Positions 16,247 to 22,684 of a DNA stretch of 32,000 nucleotides are shown here, in pieces. A program made the position numbers and the translations under genes. Under the pieces are notes generated by a model. That model was given only the letters and a program-made list of their open reading frames with translations. It ran no database searches and was not told the origin of the DNA. The DNA lies in assembly GCF_000698785.1 (NCBI RefSeq), contig NZ_CP007536.1, positions 2,190,001 through 2,222,000 on the forward strand. Reading direction: 5' to 3'. How positions within the stretch are numbered: the first letter of the stretch is position 1; each line of letters begins with the position of its first letter. This stretch comes from Nitrososphaera viennensis EN76. GTDB lineage: Archaea > Thermoproteota > Nitrososphaeria > Nitrososphaerales > Nitrososphaeraceae.

Positions 16247-17287
16247 ATGATACTCGTACTCCTTGCTGTGTTTATCATCTCGACCCTGCATGTTTTTGCA
16301 ATTGCGTTGATATTTATGTGGCAACGCCATTACCCGCGCCAGGGACGTGATGCTGCTACGACCAGGGTTCTGAACGCAGAGCTCCACTGCCATAACACCT
16401 TCTCGAACCATCAAAACGGGTCTGCTCGCGTACCGTTTGACTGCGGAGTCGAGATGGCGGCACAGCTGGAAGCCGTGCTTGCAAGGGAGATAGACGTGCT
16501 GTTTGTGACAAACCACAACACGCTTGACGGCTATCGCCAGATACTGGAGTACCAGGCAAACCATGCAAAATTCCAGAAAATCACTATTTACCCCGCCGAG
16601 GAGGTGACGATAGACACAGGCGGTCATGTACTGGCCTATGGCATACACAAGACCATTCGGCCCGGCATGACGCTTGGCGAGACGCTTGACGAGATAAAGA
16701 GGCAGGGCGCGGTGTCGTGCGCGGCCCACCCGTTTGCGGTATCTAACGGCATACGCGAAAAGGCGCTGCTTTGCGACATGATAGAGTCGTTCAACAGCAA
16801 CAACGTCGACCGCTTTTCAAACATAGTCGCAAGCAAGTTTGCGCATGACAACTCGATGCCCGAAGTGGCTGGAAGCGATTCGCACGTCCTGACCACGCTG
16901 GGCAAGTGCATCAACACCGTGGAGGCGGAAGAAAACAGCCTCGACTCGGTGCTTGAGGCCATGCTGCACAGGAAGGTAAAGATGGCATGCAGGGAATATG
17001 CCTCCCACGACGAGCTGTACGAGCACGCCTATTACATCATCCAGAGCTCCCGGGAGCTCTTGCTCCGGCACGCCCTTGAGAGACACTCGCGCTTTTACTG
17101 GGTAGTAAAATGGGCGCTTGACTCGTACCTTGGCGACTACAAGAGCCCGATGTGGCGGTCGGTGGCCGCATTTTCGCTCTACCTGACAAAGCGCGTCTCT
17201 GAAAAGGTGAACATGAAGGGCCACAGCCCGCACGTGTTCACCAACAGGCAGTGGGTGAAACTCATAAAGATGAGCCTCCTGCCCTAG
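16247..17287 (+). CDS. PHP-domain metal-dependent phosphoesterase with N-terminal TM anchor
   Basis: PHP motifs are AELHCHNTFSNH, DVLFVTNHNT, GHVLAYG, AHPF and AGSDSH. The start was chosen at the ATG at 16247 (MILVLLAVFIISTLHVFAIALIF). Confidence 0.8.
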   Translation: MILVLLAVFIISTLHVFAIALIFMWQRHYPRQGRDAATTRVLNAELHCHNTFSNHQNGSARVPFDCGVEMAAQLEAVLAREIDVLFVTNHNTLDGYRQILEYQANHAKFQKITIYPAEEVTIDTGGHVLAYGIHKTIRPGMTLGETLDEIKRQGAVSCAAHPFAVSNGIREKALLCDMIESFNSNNVDRFSNIVASKFAHDNSMPEVAGSDSHVLTTLGKCINTVEAEENSLDSVLEAMLHRKVKMACREYASHDELYEHAYYIIQSSRELLLRHALERHSRFYWVVKWALDSYLGDYKSPMWRSVAAFSLYLTKRVSEKVNMKGHSPHVFTNRQWVKLIKMSLLP

Positions 17288-17298
17288 CTAGCCACACC

Positions 17299-17306
17299 TT
17301 TATATT
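17299..17306 (+). promoter_or_regulatory. Putative TATA box for the TRAM gene
   Basis: TTTATATT is centred about 30 nt upstream of the ATG at 17333. Confidence 0.35.
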
Positions 17307-17332
17307 ACAATCTTGCCCAGTTACGTCGACGA

Positions 17333-17566
17333 ATGTCATATCAGAGACGTGGAAGTGGCGGCTTCGGTGGCAGCTACGGTCCAAAGCCTGTGGAAACAGG
17401 TAAAGAATACGAAGTGCAGATAACTGAAACGAGCAGAAAGGGCGACGGCATTGCCAGAGTACAGGGATTCGTGATCTTTGTTACGGGCGGCCAGGTCGGT
17501 CAGAAGGTCAAGGTAAAGATCACCAACGTAGGAAACAGGTTCGCCACAGCAGAAATCGCACAATAA
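17333..17566 (+). CDS. TRAM-domain protein (archaeal small RNA-binding/chaperone type)
   Basis: A Gly-rich N-terminus is followed by GKEYEVQITETSRKGDGIARVQGFVIFVTGGQVGQKVKVKITNVGNRFATAE. Confidence 0.9.
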   Translation: MSYQRRGSGGFGGSYGPKPVETGKEYEVQITETSRKGDGIARVQGFVIFVTGGQVGQKVKVKITNVGNRFATAEIAQ

Positions 17567-17592
17567 GAAATAAAATCACGACCCACAAAAAC

Positions 17593-17631
17593 GTGGCAAT
17601 TGCCGAAAGCAGCAAAGTGCCACTCTTTTTT
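17593..17631 (+). terminator. Hairpin plus T6 tract downstream of the TRAM gene
   Basis: GTGGCA (17593-98) pairs with TGCCAC (17618-23), and is followed by TCTTTTTT (T6 at 17626-31). Confidence 0.35.
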
Positions 17632-18326
17632 CATTCCATCATCATTGAACTATTGTTATTATTCTTCTTGTCGCTTTTTTGCTGCACCTGCTTTTGCGGC
17701 GGAAGAAGCGAGCGCGCAAGCTCGTCGATGTCCATGACAAAGCCGTAATAGTCCTTCACAATCTCAAGCGTCGACTCGAAATGCTTGCGGTTGCCCGACG
17801 CGGTGGCGTCTGACACCAGCACGACGTCATAGCCGTTGTTGAACGCGTCCCGGAGCGAGGTCTCGACGCAGATGGACGTGTCGATGCCGCAGAACAAGAG
17901 CGTGTCAACATCGAGGCTCTTGAGCCACACGCCTATCTCGGTGTCGTGGAAGGCCGAGTCCCTCCTCTTTACCACCACGTGGTCCTCTGGCGCCGGCTTT
18001 ATCTCGTCTACGATGCCTGCGTCCCACGTGTCCCTGACGCATATGGGCCTCTTGCGTATCCTCTCCTCCCTTGCCTTTGGCAGGATCTTGTGCGATCTTG
18101 TAAGCAGGTCTATCCCGGATTTTTCCCTGACTGCCTGCGTGTAAAAGACCGGCACGCCTGCGTCCCTGCACAGGGAGATGAGCCTTGCTATTTTCGGGAC
18201 GACCTGCTGGTAGTGCGCGGTCTCCATGCCGAGGAGGTCGTACGAGCCTCCCTTGCTCACAAAGCCGTTCTGCACGTCAATTACTACTAGGGCGGGGTTG
18301 ACCTTGTGGCCCCTGATGGTGGCCAT
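17631..18326 (-). CDS. Isochorismatase-family cysteine hydrolase
   Basis: Motifs are ALVVIDVQNGF, VVVKRRDSAF, and GIDTSICVETSLRDA (D-K-C triad context). The C-terminal tail is low-complexity (KKNNNNSSMMME). Confidence 0.85.
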   Translation of the reverse strand: MATIRGHKVNPALVVIDVQNGFVSKGGSYDLLGMETAHYQQVVPKIARLISLCRDAGVPVFYTQAVREKSGIDLLTRSHKILPKAREERIRKRPICVRDTWDAGIVDEIKPAPEDHVVVKRRDSAFHDTEIGVWLKSLDVDTLLFCGIDTSICVETSLRDAFNNGYDVVLVSDATASGNRKHFESTLEIVKDYYGFVMDIDELARSLLPPQKQVQQKSDKKNNNNSSMMME

Positions 18327-18386
18327 GCTCTATAAAGAAACGGGCTCGATTAAAAAGAGTTAAGCCTTCTGCATGGCTCCGTTAAC

Positions 18387-19022
18387 TTAGCCACCATCCT
18401 TGGCCAGGAATGTCATAAACCGTATCATGTCTGCGCCCATATGCAGGTACAGTAAAAATAATTTGAACCAGTTCCAGACATGCTGTCTGTCACAATTCTC
18501 CTTCCTGCATGGAAAGTGGTCGTCAAAACACTCCGTCCTGTCCTTGATATGCTGTATAAACCGCTCCATCAAATTCTTCAATTCTGTACCGTACACATAA
18601 TGGCGTAATCTGAGCCACCTGCAAGCATCATTGTACCACTGAGCACCGTCTGTGAATATCGGCCTCCTTCCATACCTCCTTTGCAACTGCTTGAAGAACT
18701 GGTAACATACGAAAATGGTCCTCTCACGAGACAGATGCATCATCAAGCATGTGCCAATAGTTGGTTCGTACGCTATCCATAGCCAATAGTCATGCCCATC
18801 TATCTGCAATAGTGTTTCGTCAACAAATATTGCCCTGACAAGGCGTCTGTCTGTCCGGAACCTGTCTGCAAGGCTGGAATATTTCTGTACCCATTTCCAT
18901 ACAGCAACGTGGCTCCTTCTCTTTATTGGTGATAGCGATCTGGCTGCCAGCCGAAAGCTCCTAGAATTAAAATACAGGTACAGTGCATATCTGATTATAG
19001 CTGGGTCTGTCCTCTTTCTCAT
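18387..19022 (-). CDS. DDE transposase, IS6-like (COG3316-type)
   Basis: Motifs are IFVDETLLQIDGHDYWLWIAYE, LSRERT, PIFTDGAQWYNDA and NLMERFIQHIKDRT, giving D, D and E in IS6-like spacing. 211 aa. Confidence 0.85.
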   Translation of the reverse strand: MRKRTDPAIIRYALYLYFNSRSFRLAARSLSPIKRRSHVAVWKWVQKYSSLADRFRTDRRLVRAIFVDETLLQIDGHDYWLWIAYEPTIGTCLMMHLSRERTIFVCYQFFKQLQRRYGRRPIFTDGAQWYNDACRWLRLRHYVYGTELKNLMERFIQHIKDRTECFDDHFPCRKENCDRQHVWNWFKLFLLYLHMGADMIRFMTFLAKDGG

Positions 19023-19036
19023 GCCAATGAAAAGCT

Positions 19037-19153
19037 AGGACAGTCCTAGCTATACAGATTACCCTAAGTTAACAGAAGGTAAGCACAAGATGGAAGTCTA
19101 TGAAAACATCAACAGGACAGTCCTAGCTATACAGATTACCCTAAGTTAACAGA
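19037..19153. repeat. Two direct 40-bp copies of the IS right sub-terminal sequence separated by 37 bp
   Basis: AGGACAGTCCTAGCTATACAGATTACCCTAAGTTAACAGA occurs at 19037-19076 and at 19114-19153, and the copies are identical. Confidence 0.9.
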
Positions 19154-19410
19154 GCCTCTGCATACATGAAAAGCCTATAAAGTCACCCTCTGGCTAGAAA
19201 ACTGGCGGTTGCAAAATATGAGAAGACATCGGGCCGGCCGCCGGCGACCACACGCTTGCAGTAGTCTTGCCGGCCGGCATTGTCGCAGGGCTTCTCGTGC
19301 TCTTTGCCGGCTCGCTGTTCAACGTGCTCCCTGAGGTGCGCGCAAGCCCCGGGCAGCATATATATGTCGTCGGCATAAAGGCCGAGGCAGAGGCAAAAGA
19401 TCCTGACTAA

Positions 19411-20217
19411 CTAGGGGAACCCCAGGCCCCTGCCGGACGCAAACCCTACTGCGATGTAGAGAAGCGCTGACGCGGCCAGCGCAAGCACCCATACCAGCTT
19501 GTTCCACGCAAATATCTTTTGCCCGTCAAGGCCCATGAACGGTATCAGGTTAAAGATAGCTATCCACGCGTTGAACCTTGCGCCCACCTCCAGCAACCGC
19601 GAATCTGAAAGCATGAACGCAAGCAGCATGCCGGCGCCAAGCGCCACGTTGGTGAGCGGGCCAACAAGCGATATCTTGCCGTTCCTGCGCTCGCTCACCG
19701 AGCCGCTTATGAACACGGCCCCCGGCATGATGAACTTGAACGGGAAGAACGGGAGCGCCGACACCGCGGTCACTATTGCGCCAAAAAATATCACGCGAAA
19801 TTCCGCCCACGCCCTGTAGAACTGGGCAAGGAACTTGTGCGCAAGCTCGTGGAGCAGGAACGCGCTGACAAATATCGCCACGTACTCGGGCTGGAAGCGA
19901 AAGCCGAAAATCGACATGCCGACGGCCGCGACAAGCGTCATGCCGATGGCAAGGTGGGCTATCTCTGTCTTTGAGAACCTGAGCATGACGGTGTTTTTCA
20001 CAACGTTTGCGGCCCGCTCGCCCAACCCACCTCCGCCTCCTCCCATGCCGCTTACGTACTCTACAAACTCCCTGTCCTTTTCAGGCTGGCGCATAAAGTC
20101 GTTTATGAACAGGCAGTTATGGTTGGGAGGAAGCCTGTGCTCCGAGCAGAAATACCCCTTGCAGTAGCGGCATTTGAATGGGATCTCTTCTTCCCTGCCG
20201 CATATCCCGCACTCCAA
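19411..20217 (-). CDS. AN1-type zinc finger fused to an M50 (site-2 protease-like) membrane metalloprotease
   Basis: The AN1 pattern is CGICGREEEIPFKCRYCKGYFCSEHRLPPNHNC. A Gly6 linker follows, then HELAH in a TM helix and NLIPFMGLDG. Confidence 0.8.
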   Translation of the reverse strand: MECGICGREEEIPFKCRYCKGYFCSEHRLPPNHNCLFINDFMRQPEKDREFVEYVSGMGGGGGGLGERAANVVKNTVMLRFSKTEIAHLAIGMTLVAAVGMSIFGFRFQPEYVAIFVSAFLLHELAHKFLAQFYRAWAEFRVIFFGAIVTAVSALPFFPFKFIMPGAVFISGSVSERRNGKISLVGPLTNVALGAGMLLAFMLSDSRLLEVGARFNAWIAIFNLIPFMGLDGQKIFAWNKLVWVLALAASALLYIAVGFASGRGLGFP

Positions 20218-20298
20218 CTATGAAGGATATACGCATTTCCGAGATAAAAAAGCGCCGGCCAAAAAATTAAAAGCCGTTCCTTTCCAATTCCTGGGCAT

Positions 20299-20631
20299 AT
20301 GCAACTTGAACCATACCACGGCGGACGAAAAAAGGTCGTAGTATACAACACGTACGCAGACGGAGGCAGGCTCCATTTCGACGTCTTTATCCCGACGGAC
20401 AAGTCCAATGCCGGCCAGGTCCCAAAGGACATGGACGCCCAGGCGGTGGAATATGCCAAGGAGTTCCTGAAGCTGATAGGCAAGCAGTCCACAGGCAACA
20501 ACGGCCTGATGGTTAACATGTGCGAGCGCTGCCACATCGACGACACTTCGCTTTACTCAAACGAGCTGTGGCAGCTCCCCGGAAAAGAGGTGTTCATCTG
20601 GCCGATGGAAGGCTGCCCCAAGCCCAACTAG
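20299..20631 (+). CDS. DUF2024-like small protein
   Basis: VVVYNTYADGGRLHFDVFIPTD and CERCHIDD...IWPMEGCP resemble my recollection of the DUF2024 pattern. This was not searched. Confidence 0.55.
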   Translation: MQLEPYHGGRKKVVVYNTYADGGRLHFDVFIPTDKSNAGQVPKDMDAQAVEYAKEFLKLIGKQSTGNNGLMVNMCERCHIDDTSLYSNELWQLPGKEVFIWPMEGCPKPN

Positions 20632-20653
20632 TGTGCAAGCAAGCCCTCCTTTT

Positions 20654-21277
20654 CTATTCCTGCTGCTGTTGTTGTTGCGGCTTGTACCCGAAATTTTTCA
20701 GCTCTTTTAGAAATGTCCACGGCCCTTTTGCATCCGCGCCCTTGCCGAGGCGGTAGAGCGCCCTTGCCAGGCCGCTCTTCTCCTTTGCAAACGAGCTTGG
20801 GACGTGCATTGCAAGCAGGAACCCCTTTGTCGCAAACACGTCCTTCCAGTCCTTTGGGTAGGGCACGTGCACGGGCGTAAAGTCAAGCGGTATCACTTCA
20901 TGGGGCGGCCTGAGCTGCCGGTCGCGGTTCTGCCACAAATAGCCGACGTAGCCGGGGCTTGCTTCCCTGGCGCTTTTTCTGGGCTTTATCACCTGCTCCA
21001 TTATGGCAGGGTCGTGCGTCCTTCCGACCACTACAAAGGTGGTCCCGCCGTACCTTTTTGCCGCGGCCTCTCTTTTTGCAGCTTCCCTCGGGGGAGCGCC
21101 GCCTCCTTTCTTGTTGAAAAAGCCCGTGATGTGTACCTGGATTATGGTCCTGTCCGGCTTGTAGCCAAACAGCTTCAGGTATTCGAGGATCTCTTGCCTC
21201 CTGCTGGGCGGGACCTCGCTTGACACGGCATGCTCGGCCTCGGCAAGGGCCCTCTGGGCGCCTGACGCCGGTTCCAT
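20654..21277 (-). CDS. Hypothetical protein with repeated terminal L-x-x-L-K-x-FGYKP motifs and a polyQ end
   Basis: 207 aa. ILEYLKLFGYKPD lies near the N-terminus, and FLKELKNFGYKPQQQQQQE is at the C-terminus. Confidence 0.55.
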   Translation of the reverse strand: MEPASGAQRALAEAEHAVSSEVPPSRRQEILEYLKLFGYKPDRTIIQVHITGFFNKKGGGAPPREAAKREAAAKRYGGTTFVVVGRTHDPAIMEQVIKPRKSAREASPGYVGYLWQNRDRQLRPPHEVIPLDFTPVHVPYPKDWKDVFATKGFLLAMHVPSSFAKEKSGLARALYRLGKGADAKGPWTFLKELKNFGYKPQQQQQQE

Positions 21278-21433
21278 GCGTACGTTTCGCAGGCATCTAT
21301 AAAAACAGTTTTTTTACCTGACACCCGTATACAGTAAAGATAATAAGCAAAAACCATAGAGCTTGCTTTTGTCTTGCACGTAGCAATAACGAAAAAGCCT
21401 GAATCCGTGCGCTATACTTTTACGTGGTGCTGC

Positions 21434-21583
21434 ATGAAGATGGCAGGAGCCAAGGAAAAGAACATGGTCAGGGTCACGCCAGACGGCTCTGTCGAGCTGT
21501 ACGACAAAAAGGGCGAGCTTGTAGACCCTGACATGACAAGGTGCCCCTTCTGCAAGACCGCGATCGTGATATCGCACGGCTGA
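21434..21583 (+). CDS. Small hypothetical protein with C-terminal CPFC
   Basis: MKMAGAKEKNMVRVTPDGSVELYDKKGELVDPDMTRCPFCKTAIVISHG. The track ORF begins at a TTG at 21374. Confidence 0.35.
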   Translation: MKMAGAKEKNMVRVTPDGSVELYDKKGELVDPDMTRCPFCKTAIVISHG

Positions 21584-21615
21584 CTGACTCTATGTATGTA
21601 CGGGCCCGTCGCCTT

Positions 21616-22281
21616 TTATTGGGCCATGTTGACAATGTACAGGCTGTAGCCCGTTTCTGAAAACATGGGCGCGCCCTTTACCTCGGAAAACGCATAGCCG
21701 GGGACGTTCTTTGTCATTTCATACAGCCCCTGGCCTATCACTACCCCGCACGGCGGCGCAAGCGGGTTCATCTTGGAGCACATGTTGACCGGCGAGCCAA
21801 AGATGTCGTTTACGGACGATGTGGACATCCTTGCCACCACCACCGCGCCGTACTCGCAACTGATCCTGTATTTTATTTCCGGCAGGCCCTCCTCTCCCAA
21901 GAGCGCGTTCAGCTGCGGGCCCTTTTCAATCATGGCAAAGCAGCACCTCAGCACCTGCTCAAACGCCAGGGCCTCGCCGGACTCGGTCGCAGGAAAGTAG
22001 TACAGCAGGCTGTCGCCGATGTTCTTGACCACGACGGCGCCGTTGCGGGAGACGACTTCTGCAAGGCCGTTAAGGAATATGCTGTAAAAGCGGCTGACCT
22101 TGTCCGGCGCCATCTTCATTGTCGCGGCTGTGGAGCCCACCATGTCGACAATGCCGACGCAATAGTTCCTTGTGGACGAAAAGAACTGGAGCAGGAGGTC
22201 TATCTGCTGCTTTTCCTTCGTGTCGTGCTCGGCGCCGGCTTCTGCCGCAATATGGGTCCTGTACTGGTCGTTGTTAGACAA
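21616..22281 (-). CDS. Stand-alone class III nucleotidyl (adenylate/guanylate) cyclase catalytic domain protein
   Basis: Motifs are VGIVDMVGSTAATMKM, AVVVKNIGDSLLYYF, and RISCEYGAVVVARMSTSSVNDIFGSPVNMCSKM. The start is a TTG, 16 nt after the receiver gene stop. Confidence 0.75.
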   Translation of the reverse strand: MSNNDQYRTHIAAEAGAEHDTKEKQQIDLLLQFFSSTRNYCVGIVDMVGSTAATMKMAPDKVSRFYSIFLNGLAEVVSRNGAVVVKNIGDSLLYYFPATESGEALAFEQVLRCCFAMIEKGPQLNALLGEEGLPEIKYRISCEYGAVVVARMSTSSVNDIFGSPVNMCSKMNPLAPPCGVVIGQGLYEMTKNVPGYAFSEVKGAPMFSETGYSLYIVNMAQ

Positions 22282-22297
22282 TAATCAAAACACCAGT

Positions 22298-22684
22298 CTA
22301 GCTCTTGGCCGCAGAGGCCCGCAGCTTGCCAATCTCCTCCACCTTTTCAAACAGCGTCTCTATTCTCACCGGCTTTCGCAGGCACGAATGCACGCCTTTT
22401 TTCACGAGCTCTGCGACCTCCGTGTCCGTGATGGAAGAGGCGGTGAACAGCACTATGGGGCTGTCCCCTATCCTGCCTGACTGCACAAGCTTGTCGATCA
22501 CGTCAAGGCCGGAAAAATCCGGCATTGCAATGTCAAGGAAGACAAGGTCGAACTTGCCGTCATTTATCATGGCAAGCCCTTCTCTGCCGTTGTCAGACGG
22601 CGTCACCTCGTGCCCGACGGTGGTGAGAACCTTGACGAGCAGGTCCGTTATGTCGTGGCTGTCGTCAATTATGAGGATTCTCAT
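22298..22684 (-). CDS. Single-domain response regulator receiver (CheY-like)
   Basis: Receiver motifs are MRILIIDDSHD, DLVFLDIAMPDFSG, LFTASS and CLRKP. The chosen ATG at 22684 overlaps the kinase 3' end by 20 nt. Confidence 0.9.
   Translation of the reverse strand: MRILIIDDSHDITDLLVKVLTTVGHEVTPSDNGREGLAMINDGKFDLVFLDIAMPDFSGLDVIDKLVQSGRIGDSPIVLFTASSITDTEVAELVKKGVHSCLRKPVRIETLFEKVEEIGKLRASAAKS

Larger units (their letters stand above)
18375..19156 (-). mobile_element. IS6-family-like insertion sequence (782 bp) with terminal inverted repeats and a 7-bp direct target repeat
   Basis: IRL is GGCTCCGTTAACTTAG (18375-90). IRR is CTAAGTTAACAGAGCC (19141-56), matching 15 of 16 positions. TCTGCAT flanks both ends (18368-74 and 19157-63). 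There is a single DDE transposase ORF, whose stop lies inside IRL. Confidence 0.8.

Noticed and set aside
19037-19153. Two 40-bp direct repeats with a 37-bp spacer looked like a minimal CRISPR array.
   Set aside because: There are only two copies. The repeat's 3' part is the terminal inverted repeat of the adjacent IS6-like element, whose inverted partner is at 18375-18390. It lies inside the IS boundaries, and no cas genes or leader are present.
19267-19410. Possible 47-aa single-TM ORF on the plus strand (TTG start; …IVAGLLVLFAGSLFNVL…HIYVVGIKAEAEAKDPD) between the IS and the M50 protease gene.
   Set aside because: There is no ATG, it is below the ORF-track cutoff, and no motif or homolog is recognisable. 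It could equally be the remnant of a gene or a chance ORF.
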